A program made the position numbers and the translations under genes. A DNA stretch of 26,157 nucleotides from Anthoceros angustus (lineage: Eukaryota; Plantae; Anthocerotophyta), in assembly GCA_010909165.1 (NCBI GenBank), contig VJWM01000382.1, forward strand, positions 1-26,157. The letters are read 5' to 3'. Of this stretch, positions 1-10,335 are shown one piece after another (within the stretch, counting starts at the first letter, position 1; the number at the start of each line of letters is the position of its first letter). The notes under the pieces were generated by a model, which did not search any database, was not told the origin of the DNA, and was given only the letters and a program-made list of their open reading frames with translations.

Positions 1-64
1 GCATCTGATGCCAATAGGATATCTTAGGAATATGCGATGCAGTCTATATATAGACCCTTCCATT

Positions 65-94
65 GAGGACAAGCTCGGATCATAGCTTGTCCTC
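65..94. repeat. Perfect 11-8-11 inverted repeat
   Basis: GAGGACAAGCT-cggatcat-AGCTTGTCCTC. A 14-bp perfect palindrome GTCTATATATAGAC lies at 42-55. Confidence 0.95.
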
Positions 95-347
95 TAGATA
101 TGCAATGCAGGCGTTGTGAGGCCAAAGCTATGACTCGAGGCGTGTGAGGAATTTGCGTGTTGTTCTCGTGGGAGAGTGTGTTTGTGCCACGTCGAGCTAC
201 TCCTCCTTGTTATTGGTTTGCACCTATATACTGCGTATTAGATTTGTTTGCTTGGTTGTTGGTGGGAAGTGCTTATATAAATTCAAGTGCTTACCTCATG
301 CGACGTAGGATGGTTTCTGGTGGCGATTTTCCATACTGTTTTGGTTC

Positions 348-360
348 TGACCACAGGTCA
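348..360. repeat. Palindromic site TGACC-ACA-GGTCA (5' side of YR gene)
   Basis: Direct sequence reading; matches 3550-3562 at 12 of 13 nt. Confidence 0.9.
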
Positions 361-428
361 TCCACGATCAAGAAGTCCTTGATATGTTTGAGAGGCTAAA
401 GTGTCTTTGGTCCGAAGATGACTTTGCT

Positions 429-3113
429 ATGGGTATGGAGGAAATTGATGATGAAGCAATTTTAGGGGGCGGGGTTTGATCCGTTGTCCCGGAGGGCTGT
501 GAATGATGCTTTGAGTGGTGGGAGGATAGGTCAAAAATAAAATAAGCGGTGTCGAAGTCTGGGGCCTTTATGAAAGTGAGTGGGGTGAGGGGATGGGATG
601 CTGTTGAGGATATTCCTCACAAGGATCTAAATCTTATTCGATATCCTTTTTCCATCAAGTTCGAATTTGAAGGACAACGATTTTCTCGAAGCGTAAATGA
701 TGATTCTTACTTGTTGATTTTGATATTCGACTTTCACATGGTGATTCTGATCTTCACTTGCGGTGATGTCTTTCTTCGTGGGTTTTTAGAATTTTAACAA
801 GGAAGTGCATCTGAACCAAAAGCGGCTTGTTACGATGTTCGATGATCAACATGTTTCATGGAATTTTCCATGGGTCCCGGTATTGGTTGCGTCCATGAAA
901 ATCAGCAAGGACCTTGGGATTGTGTCATGTCGAAAAGAGGTGAAGTTGATTTCGATGATGATGGCGTGATTCTTTCACGGAGATCATCAATGCTCATTTT
1001 AGGGGCTCAAAAAGGTAATTATTGTTGGTTTTGGGGTGTACATTGATTGTTCATTTATGGTCTTAAACACGGAGCCTTATGCCTATATTGTTTGCGGTGT
1101 GCATATTTTTGCATGACGAGGTTTGGAGTTCGAGGTGGTGAAGAGTTACATAACGCTCATTAGGGACTTCTCATTTGATTCAGGCGGACCTTTTGTTTTG
1201 GTTGATTTGTTTATTGTTTTTGTTTCGTCTTGATGTTTGATGTTTGTTTTATTGTCTTTGTTTTGAGCTCGTCTTCATTTGCGGTATGAAGATTCAAAAA
1301 TTACAAAGTGGACATGAAGAATTACCGTGAGCATTTCGTCAAAGGTCAAGATCTACGAAAGGATGTGATTGAAACTTTTAAAATTATTGATCACTCTCCC
1401 AAGTAGCGACAATCATCAATTCGGGGTTTCTCTTCAACCATTGATAACCCAAGATCAAATGTAAGTTTGTGGTTGATTGGGCTTGAGTTTTGTGGTTTGA
1501 ATTTTCTAGCTGTATGTTTTTGGCTAGGCTTGGTATGCAAAACTTCGTGTATCGAAAGGAATGCTCTCAAGGTTTATGAAGACTATGGCTGAAGCAGCTG
1601 GGCTTGTTGGCTATTACACCAATAAGAGCAGCCGTGTAACGATGATTAACGTTTGTGATGGCTCGGTGCCTTGATCTTTGGGAGAAGTGTGTGGCCATAA
1701 AGCGGATCTTTGGATTTTCAAGGTAAATTGTGGTGAAAGCTTGTGACATTTGAATCCTTTGTATGCTCCTTCGGTTCGATGTTTTGCGAGATATGAATGG
1801 GTCAAGCAAAAGTGCATGCAAGAGTTCTTGTTCACAGTGAGCAGCGATCCTATCGAGCTTTTGAGCGAAGAACTTAATCGGATGCGGGATGATTTAAGGG
1901 TGTTCTTCCATCAGCGATTGAATGTGACTCTGAAATAGTATTTTAGTCGACTGAAGATCGCCCTTGCAAGTGCAACATATTAACAATGTAAGTGTTTGAG
2001 ATTTGTTGCAAGTATAGGGACTTTGTTGCAAATCTGTCGACTTGTTTTTTATTTGGGTCTTACTCCTGGCCACTCTGTTATTCATCATGAAGACCACGAA
2101 CAAATGACCGAGTTTTACGCACCATGTGGTCCCTTTGTGTCAAGTTCGAGTTGGTATTGTCAAGTTCCTTTGTTGTAGGGCCATGTTGGATGATCTGTTT
2201 TAATCATCTTGGTTTTGTTGTTCGGTGGGAGGCTGGTGTTTTGGTTGCAAACATACCTCCACGATGGCCAAGGCATCCAGATGGATAACCGCAGGCCAAC
2301 AACACGGTGTTTTAGTGAAATTCCATATGTTGACAAGGTTGAGTCTTTGGCTGTTTGTTTGTGTTTTCATTTGTTTTGGAGTTTCCTAATTGTGTGCTTC
2401 TTGGCAGATTTCGAATCCATCGACTAGTGTAAGCAGCCTTACAGTCCCTCACTTCAACATTGATACAGCTCGATGGAAGTCGATGCAGTGGCCCCTCTGT
2501 TGGAGGGCATTGTGCAGAGTGAGTGTGATCAGTCATCTGAAGTTAACCAGGACAGAAATGTGGCTGTAGTAGCACCTCTGGATATCGTATTGCGACATGG
2601 GGGAAGCGCTTTGGCTTGAGATCTCGAGAGCAGGTGGAGTATGATTGAAGCGAAATGGAGTTTCAACGGCAAAAGGATTTGGAGGCACTTATAGAGAAGT
2701 GCGGTTGAATTACGAGTCTCTAAGCAAGAAAGCCCTTGAGATTTGAGGCGGAGAAATGGAGAGGAGACAAGAGCACATTAAGCATCGAGAAACTCAAGCG
2801 GCAAAGAGCGCAAGAGGTTGAAGATTGCGGTGGGAAAGACAACATGAGGCGAGAAGAATGTGCCTCGAGATATTTCCTTCTCTGCGAAAATCCGTCGAGA
2901 TTGGTAAGTTTGTTATGCTCTTTTTTAGTAGATTGAAAATTAATGGTTGTGTTTTATTAGGTTGTGACCTTGCGGAAGGGGACAATTTGGTCCAAGTCCT
3001 CAACTTCATCAATTGGTTGCCAATTATGATAATGTACAAGTGCCAATCAAGCCAAGTGGTCGTGAAAATTACATTTTCAATTGTATAATTATCGATTAAT
3101 TTCCCAAAATAAG
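429..3113 (+). pseudogene. DUF3504/Crypton-type tyrosine recombinase, multi-exon, frameshifted
   Basis: Collinear motifs: MKISKDLGIVSCRKEVKLIS (~894-953); AYFCMTRFGVRGGEELHN (1101-1154, cf. FGLRGGEEHRNL); RYED/SKNYK (~1282-1310); WYAKLRVSKGMLSRFMKTMAEAAGLVGYYTNKSSRVT (1531-1641, cf. WY..PVGKNTLSKMMK.MCE.AG...TNHSLRAT); CGHK (~1682-1693); possible catalytic Tyr in FARYE (1792); C-terminal NYIFN..N.xNF tail (~3066-3105). Multiple stops and frameshifts. Confidence 0.8.
1461..1527 (+). other. Spliceosomal intron in the YR gene
   Basis: GTAAGT...GGCTAG, 67 nt, T-rich; removal joins the LQPL.. segment to the WY motif. Further candidate introns at 2904-2960 and 3114-3206. Confidence 0.65.
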
Positions 3114-3549
3114 GTGAGTATCATTGCTTAAGTATTTGTTATGATCATTAGTGTTTTCTAGTATCGCCTAATTCTTGTTTGGGTGCTAATTTTGTTTTGT
3201 TTGTAGGTTTCATTGTTGTTGAAGCGAGTTCAATCTATCGGTATTTACTCTTCATTAGTTGAATTTGTATTTCATGCCATTACGGATATGAAACTCTGCA
3301 AAGAAAAGGTTTCTTTGTTGGTTTTGTATATCCACGGATCCGCATGAATATTATTTAATGAAAATGTTTTGTCAGTTAAGCGATTTTGGTGGGATTTCTA
3401 GAATGAGCTTCTACTAGATGCACTGGTATTCACTTGGTCGTCATTTTTCTACTCTAGTGCTCTATTTTCTACCTTGATGGTAGATCATTTTCACCCACTT
3501 GGCATGTTTTCTACTATATTGTAATGAATTTTACTATATTGGGTAAAAA

Positions 3550-3562
3550 TGACCAAAGGTCA
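3550..3562. repeat. Palindromic site TGACC-AAA-GGTCA (3' side of YR gene)
   Basis: Direct sequence reading; the homologous position in the second copy is TGACC-AATT-GGTCA (15969-15982). Confidence 0.9.
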
Positions 3563-3631
3563 ATTCTCTCTAAAATTCACCTCCTACCCGAAAAAATCAT
3601 GGGCGTCGAGGCCCCAGGACGAGGCGACTTT

Positions 3632-4167
3632 CACGTGCGTTAACGTTGGTGAGCGATCATCATGATGAAATGAGAATGAAACACTTTTTTTCATGATAAA
3701 GGCATTCACTCCATGCTCCTCAAATTCCAAACATCGATCGTCTGCGACGATGCGGAATCACGTGGTATATACACCATGTCTTTCGAAACCAACTTGCAAA
3801 TCATCATCTTGATGGCGATCGGCGAGCAAACAACTGCAAGATGAGTTCCGAGCCCACTTTTTCCGATCGTGAGTGCAAGGGCTTTGAAATATGCAGGCAG
3901 GCTGGTAGATTCTATTGTCGTTCGAAGCGGTGGAAGGATGAAGTGCATCGGTCAATGTGAGCATACTCGAGCTCGGGCCCGTGCGGCAATGGTGGTGTGC
4001 GAGGATCAAAACATGGTTCTAGTGTTGCAGGCGGGGTGAATCACGAGATTCGGGAGGAAGGGCAAGCTCATAGGCCAGGAGGCCAATGCAGCGGAGGATA
4101 CGGTGAGACCAACAAAGCGAAATCTTACGAATCCCGAGAGGATAAATTCGAGGCGACGACAAGACAT
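3632..4167 (-). repeat. Left arm of ~530-bp inverted duplication
   Basis: Reverse complement of ~5360-5884 with long exact blocks such as TCAAATTCCAAACATCGATCGTC and GATGAGTTCCGAGCCCACTTTTTCCGATCGTGAGTGCAAGGG. Confidence 0.95.
3775..3865 (-). pseudogene. F-box motif coding fragment (left arm, frameshifted)
   Basis: EKVGSELILQLFAR-(frameshift)-IKMMICKLVSK on the minus strand. Confidence 0.6.
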
Positions 4168-4719
4168 GTATATATATGTGGAGGAGATGGACAAGCCTCG
4201 AGGCGTACCATAGCATCGATATCCTTCATTGGATGTGAATGCAAACGCACATGGGAGAAAAATAATTGGTTTTATTAAAGAAAGAGAATAGATTGGGTCA
4301 GCCATCTATGAAAGGACATCAAAGGAAGATCGCAAGGATTGCTATAGATAGGAGCAATCCACAAGCATCAAGTGGGATGAAGAGGTGGCTTGCATGCATT
4401 GCCCTATGCTTAGTGACCTTGAAAGCCATCCGTTAGCTGCTAACCATGTTTCATTAACACTAATCAATACTTAATTAATGTAAGCGCTTTAGATTAATTA
4501 ATACTAATTAAAGACAAGTCATTAGATTAATTAATGCTAATCAAACACTAAACCCAAGTGCGAGAGTAGTGTCACGGTATGACATCCCTTAAGTTCCCCA
4601 TATTTGCGGGCTTTGATTTTTGAACGATGTTCCATCTGGTCATAAATCTTACTACTACCACTCTCAATCGGCTCTATTTTTTTTGGCTCAATCGGGCGTC
4701 CAGATTATGTCCTCCTTTG

Positions 4720-5355
4720 CAACTTATGCCAATGCAACAAAGCTTGCCTTGCCGCTCCAACCCTTGCACCATCCCTTTCACTTGACTTCATAACGGATTG
4801 CCTCGCAGCACTCACGGCTTTGATGTTCTTTGGTCTTCACGAATAAGCTTACTCATCAAGTGCTCCTTGCCCTCCTCGAGACATGCTCTCTTGAACAAGC
4901 TGGCGACTTATTACGGAAAGTGGTTTATCGTGCCCATGGCCTCCCTCGCTCTCTTGTGGCGATCATGATTCAGTTTACGTCCGCTTCGGCAAGCGGTTCA
5001 CGTCTTGGCACCAAGCTCGTATGTCTCGCCTTTTATCCTCGACGGATGGTGCTACGGGCGAGCTAATCAAGTTTTAGAGGATATACTCCGTGCTTATGCG
5101 GTGTGCACCAAACTTCGGTGGCTGGACTTTCTCCACCTCGTTGAGTTTGCCTACGCCCGCCTCAACGAGTTACTCCATTCTTGTTCAACAAAGGTTTTCA
5201 CCCCACGTTGCTTTCGCTTCCTTGCCTTGCTTGTGTCCCTGCCGCTTGTCGATTTTCTCAGCGTGTCCAAATTGCGATGGGCTCGTCGGTTTGCCCATGG
5301 AACCCAAAACCGCCCAATCGCCAATCATCGTCGTCGTCCTCAAGAATTTGCGGTT
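4720..5355 (+). mobile_element. Degenerate Ty3/gypsy integrase fragment (rve core to start of GPY/F region)
   Basis: Across frames: LCQCNK, SLDFITD, VFTNKLT, YRAHGLPRSLV, TDG..GRANQVLEDILRAY, WLDFLHLVEFAY, ANHRRRPQEF. Confidence 0.85.
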
Positions 5356-5359
5356 ACCT

Positions 5360-5884
5360 ATGTCTTCTTTATCCTTTATCCCTTCACAGGATTCGTAAGA
5401 TTTCCCTCGTTTTGTTGGTCCTTCGTATCCTCCGTTGCATTGGCCTGTGGCCTATGAGCTTGCCCTTCCTCCGAATCTCGCATTCACCACCTTCGAACAC
5501 GAACCATGTTTTGATCATGTTTCTTGCAGTAGCTCGAGCTCGAGTATACTCACATTGACGATGCACTTCATCCTTCCGCTTCGAGCGACAATAGAATCTA
5601 CCGGCTGCCGGGCATATTTCAAAGCCCCTTGCACTCACGATCGGAAAAAGTGGGCTCGGAACTCATCTTGCGGTTGCTCTGCTCGATCGCCATATCGAAG
5701 ATGATGATTTGCAAGTTGGTTTCAAAGACATGGCGACATGGTACCACGTGATTCCGGCGGTCGATTATGACGATCGATGTTTGGAATTTGAGGAGCATGG
5801 GTGAATGCCTTTTATCATGTAAAAAATGTTTCGTTCTCATTTCTCTCTGCGATGATCGGCTCACCAGCGTTAGCGTTAACGTGA
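5360..5884 (+). repeat. Right arm of ~530-bp inverted duplication
   Basis: See left arm; the arms differ by scattered substitutions and indels. Confidence 0.95.
5641..5739 (+). pseudogene. F-box motif coding fragment (right arm)
   Basis: SEKVGSELILRLLCSIAISKMMICKLVSKTWRH aligns gap-free to the F-box consensus E-L-L-x-x-I-L-x-R-L-P-x-x-x-L-x-x-x-K-x-V-S/C-K-x-W. Confidence 0.65.
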
Positions 5885-6473
5885 GCGTTCGTTGGTGTGA
5901 TGTTCTTTCAAATCGGAAGGAAAGAAATGATGTTATTTGCGGCTACTCTTTGGTAAGCTTAATTTAATATTTAATTGTAGCTAGCGGCGCTACACAAGGC
6001 GGTTCTGCGACGGTTTGAAGCATAGACCAATGTTGCGGAGACGGAAGGATGCAAGCAGTTTGAGAGGAGTCTCTCAAAGCGAAAACAAGCTATGACTAGG
6101 CATGTTCGTTGTTCTAATTATTTATCCTTGCTTCCGGTGGCGAAATCGACCAAGGATCCGAGCGAGGCTCTTGGTGCTCACAAAGCTGTACGGGTAGGAG
6201 GAAGCCACCTCAAACCGCAGGCGTTTGTATATATCGACACCACCACCTTGCCCTCGTTATCGGGCATGAGATATACTTCGTCCGGCCCGCCCGACTCTCA
6301 TATGAAAAGACATATGGTCGTCCGAGCGGCTGGCGGCGGTCGGTGAAGATGGAAGCGGGCATGGTGGCCATCACCGTCAGGACATGCTCGCAAAATCTAG
6401 CTCCCACACACACTTCAAACATGGGGCGGGCGGGAATCGCCACCCTATGGCCCACGCCGCGTGCGGTCTCGCA

Positions 6474-7670
6474 TGTTGAAGTGTCCCTTGCATTAAGAAC
6501 TTGGAATCTGCACTAGGCTTGCGATCATATAGCTCCAAGCCCGCTTGAAGATGCGCCCGGTGATTGCGACTGCGACATCCTCATGAGGCACGTGAAACGC
6601 AGCCCCTGACACTCCGTACCCCATATCGAAGCAGGCGTCGAACAAGCACGTCCATGGCTGGTTGTCTCACTCCACCTCCAGTCGAGGCGAAGGTCGACAG
6701 GTTGTCCATGTTCTCCGCTACCCACCGACTCCCACATTCCGCCACCAGCTTGAGGGCGCTGGCGTCCACCCACACGCCACATGATGGAGCAGTCACCGGG
6801 AGGCGCACGGGTCGAGGCGCACCAAGTGCGATGATCGGTGGCCACCCCATGCGGAGAGCGCATGCTGCGGCCAGCGACCTTGGGGACCCCAAATCACGTA
6901 TATGGGCAATCCTCCCACCAGCGCTTCCTACACTCCTAAGACCCTTCTCGTGACAAATTTGGGGCCGCCCCTCAAGCTCTTGTCCGGTCTTGAAATTTCA
7001 CCTTCCCCTCTCTTTTCTAGGTTTCTTCCTCCTCTCTTCTCTTTTTGTCTTTTTCTCTTTTCTCTCTTGCTCCTTCCTTCTCCTCTCTTGCTCCCTATCC
7101 TCTCTAGCTCCTCTCTCGTCCTCTCTCGCTCTCTCTCTCTCTCGCTCTCTCTCTTTTCTCTTCTCTTTTCTCTCTCTTCTCTCTCTTCTCCTCTCTTCTC
7201 TAATCTACCTCTTCCACTCTTCCTAGCTAACTATTACAGGCGCCCTCACAGCCTCCCGGCAGCGCCTCGGATCATAGGGCATTGCCCTCACGGACCTAGG
7301 CGGACATTTGGGCTGCAGTGGCGTCCGTCTTTGGATTTTGCTAGGGGTCTTCCTTCCGATCAGCCGCACCGTCACCACACAATGCGCTCCCTCACGGAGG
7401 CTACCGGTGCTACCTCCGGAAAGAAAGGTTTGGGCCCGCCCTCACCACAGTCACCGCACCTCAAGACCCTACGACACCATGCACCCTCACACGGTGGCAC
7501 GCGCTTGTGTAAGACAAGCACCTGGTCGGAGAGCAAGGCATGACATTTTATTATGGGGCTCCTCCCCTCTTATATAGGAGCTCGCATTAATTAAGTGCGG
7601 TGGGGTAGGTGGGGTTGCTTACGGTTTTAAGTAGGTGGCCTCTTAAAGGTTCTTAACCTACCTCCTAACA
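6474..7670 (-). mobile_element. Probable 3' LTR of a Ty3-type retrotransposon
   Basis: Minus strand: purine-rich AGGGGTTAGTGGGAT followed by TGTTAGGAGG at 7670; TATA context CCTATATAAGAGGGG (7571-7576); downstream GA-rich tract. The left end (TGTTG at 6474) is a guess and no partner LTR was found. Confidence 0.5.
7001..7223 (+). repeat. ~220-bp CT-rich polypyrimidine tract
   Basis: Almost exclusively C/T (CTCT, CTTCT, CTTTT units). Confidence 0.95.
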
Positions 7671-7685
7671 ATCCCACTAACCCCT
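7671..7685 (-). other. Candidate polypurine tract
   Basis: Purine-rich 15-mer directly before the TG LTR start on the minus strand. Confidence 0.4.
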
Positions 7686-7989
7686 AGGGGTCTTAATGAC
7701 CATTCACTCCCCTACCAACTATCGCCTACTTACTTCTTGGCATGGCGGGCGCGCCACCGTCTTCCTCCTCTTGGCTTGGGGGTCCCCCGTCCGGATCTCT
7801 CTTCACGTCGGACGGGAACCTCCACACTGTCTCGGCGATCTTGCGATGATGGCTGGGCCGCCCCTCTTGCAGGCGCTCTTGTAGAGGCAGCCTCTCTATA
7901 TCATCTGCCGCGCAATTACCTCAGGCGGTTGGGTGTTGGTGCTCACATCTGCCAGACACCCCACCAACTCTACCGGCTGCTGGAAATCT

Positions 7990-10153
7990 CTTCCTCTTCC
8001 ATTGGCTCCTCCCATTGAGCCTTACGCATCCATTTCACTCTCCAAGTCCGAATCTCCCAGGCGTGCAATTCTTCAAAATCTCCACATCGTCATCGTGGGG
8101 ACCCAACAACTTCCTTGTCAACAAGGGCATCTCCTTGGACTTGTTGACCCTAGCATGTAAGTGGACTGCATCTCGGCCCTTCAAACAAATCTCATCAAAT
8201 TCCTCGGGCCACTCTCACAGGCTATCTTACCATAGCATCCCTCTCAAGCGTCACCTCACTCAAGCAGGCTGTAAGTGACATTTTCGTGCATCTCTCTTCC
8301 ATGCCTCCGGTATCCCTTGCTTGCGCCTAATCGGCTGGGCGTTGCTTCTGCGGCGACCGACATCACGATGCATCATTTTCCTCGGTGGGCTACCTCTTCC
8401 TTCCACCGTTGGTGACCTCCGTTGCTTGCTTTGGAGCTCCTCACGCTCCTTGCTCCATGTGGCTGTCCTTCCTCCGGCTCCTTGAGCTTGGCCTCGATTC
8501 TTCATTCTTGGCTTGGCGCCTCGGCCTCAGGGCAGTCTTTCATCCCCTATTCCTTCTCGGCTGAAGAAATGAGAGTTCTTCTTGCCACTCCTTCCCACAT
8601 CGGTCTCCTCAATCTTACGGTTGAGGTAGCCACTTCCTTCATTCGCTCCCTACTTTCTTGTCTCGCTCTTTGTTCTTCAATCTTGAGCCCCAACCTTCTC
8701 TCCGGGTCAACTAGGCGCCTTTGCGCCATCTCCTTGATAGCCTTGCTATCCTTCTCCCCCACGTAGCAATGGCCCGCTGGTATCACGGCGGCTCTCACCT
8801 CCAACTCCTCTACTTCACCTGGGCTTGCTTCACTAATGGAGTATCAATTAGCTGACAGATGGTCAGCAGATCCTTCAAAGCCTTTGTCTTCTCATTCCCC
8901 TCCTGGGGTCGACTCTGACTGCCTTTCTCTTGGTGAGCAGTCTCTCCACTCCTGACTGTCGATGTTGGGTGGAACTCCTGTGACTCGGTCATCTCCTGGG
9001 GTGGGTTAGTTCCACCACCCTGCTCCATGGGGGTTGCCTCCTGTACACATGGTGGCACTGCCACCTCTTCCTCTTGTGCCACTGTCTCCCCCTGGACGAC
9101 AGGCACCTCTTCTTCCTTGGCGTCAGACGCCGGGGTGGTCTCATCATCCAAGATCACCACCTGTGGTGAAGCACTCCCTTGCTCCACCTTGGGTTCCTCC
9201 TCTGCCTTCTTCACCTTCTTTGGGAGAGGGACCCCTGTACCGTCCCTCGGAGGGACCACTTCAAACGGCTGGTAAGACTCCTCCGCTCTTCTTGGTCGAT
9301 AACCCATGTACCCCCACAATTGCACAAGGTAAGTACTCAAATGGATGCCTCGCCCCTCATTGTCCACAATGTTTGGCCTCGGACTTGTCTCGGTGATGCT
9401 CATAGGCCGACATGGTTGTCCCCGGTCGGTGAGCTCCTTGCTTGACTTCCACATGAAATGAAAGAATGCCTGCTTGAGTAGGTGGTTCGGTGGTCGACCC
9501 CAAAACTATCCTTGTAAAAGCTTCCACTTGAGGTCGCAATCTTATCCTCCGCCATTCGCGTCTTGGCGTCTATCCCTCCGATGAGCATCTTTGAGAGCTT
9601 CCTCGGGAAGGTCGACCACTCTTTCCATCTTCATTCCTCTCGTGAGCCACCATCACTCTCGGTTTCGGCCTCCCATACACCTTACGAATGTCTTTGGGCG
9701 GTCCATCCCGGATCATCCGCGTTCCTCCGTCGTCCTCTGTTTCTCCCTCCCGTCGGTTCATTGCATAGCAAGACTCAACCAATTCCACATTAGAATAGGC
9801 CCAATGCCTATCGTAAACTTTGGAGCTGCACATTTTTGACAGCCCAGCCGAAAATCCCATAAGTCTGGAGGAGACTTGCAGCTGGCTACAAAATCCGGCC
9901 CCTCCTTCTCGGCACATCCTTCTCGGGCTTCTCCTTCACACTTTTCTTTCTTCTTCTCCTTGGTGAGGCTCGCTCCCTCCTTCTTGCTGGCGCCTTGCGC
10001 ACTCCTCCGGGACTGCGTCTTCATCCACTTCCTCTCCGCTAATGATCTTCTCCAAAAATCCTTCCTGCTCTGATCCATTTTCTCCAAAATTCTTCTAAGT
10101 GTTCTCCTTGGTCTCCTCCGGTGCCTCCGTCCTCGTCCTTGATCCTCGACCAA
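7990..10153 (-). CDS. Large frameshifted accessory ORF of the LTR element, function unknown
   Basis: Chain of same-strand ORFs (9758-10153, 9570-9917, 8810-9454, 8547-8804 and downstream). Includes a globular-looking HLSTYLVQLWGYMGY segment, an acidic Pro/Glu/Val-rich linker and a charged coiled-coil-like part. No RT, RNase H or integrase motifs seen. Confidence 0.5.
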
Positions 10154-10207
10154 CTCAATGAGCTAAACACTCGCCTTACATATATAGGGTGAGGATTTTC
10201 CACCCCA

Positions 10208-10335
10208 AAGGCCAAGGACAAAATTTCCCTGTCCAAGGCCAAGGACCTTTTCCCCTTGATAGCGTTAGAAATTCCTCAACCACGAAGGCCAAGGAAAAAT
10301 TTCTCCGGCTATTCACCAATTGCAAAGGCCAAGGA
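10208..10335. promoter_or_regulatory. Four perfect copies of AAGGCCAAGGA between two TATATA boxes
   Basis: Copies start at 10208, 10235, 10285, 10325; TATATA at 10181-10186 and 10478-10483. The repeat is certain, the regulatory role is inferred. Confidence 0.55.

Larger units (their letters stand above)
348..3631 (+). mobile_element. Crypton-like tyrosine-recombinase DNA transposon, apparently decayed
   Basis: Contains a DUF3504-type YR gene bracketed by two copies of TGACC-N3-GGTCA (348-360, 3550-3562). The 3' end is inferred from where homology with the copy at ~15295-16058 stops (both end GCGACTTT). The 5' end is uncertain and may lie near 283. Confidence 0.75.

Noticed and set aside
65-98. 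Helitron 3' end
   Set aside because: CTAG abuts the stem instead of lying ~10 nt downstream and is followed by A rather than T; kept only as an alternative.
348-360. Nuclear-receptor response element
   Set aside because: Half-site order is reversed relative to GGTCA-N3-TGACC, and plants lack these receptors.
3632-5884. Fold-back sequencing artefact
   Set aside because: Arms are separated by ~1.2 kb of unique sequence and differ more than the error level implied by the PPR gene; not fully excluded without reads.
6902-7543. 213-aa Leu/Ser-rich ORF as a membrane protein
   Set aside because: Product of translating the CT-rich tract, which lacks stop codons.
10208-10335. CRISPR-like array
   Set aside because: Repeat is only 11 bp, spacing is irregular, the context is eukaryotic and no cas genes are present.
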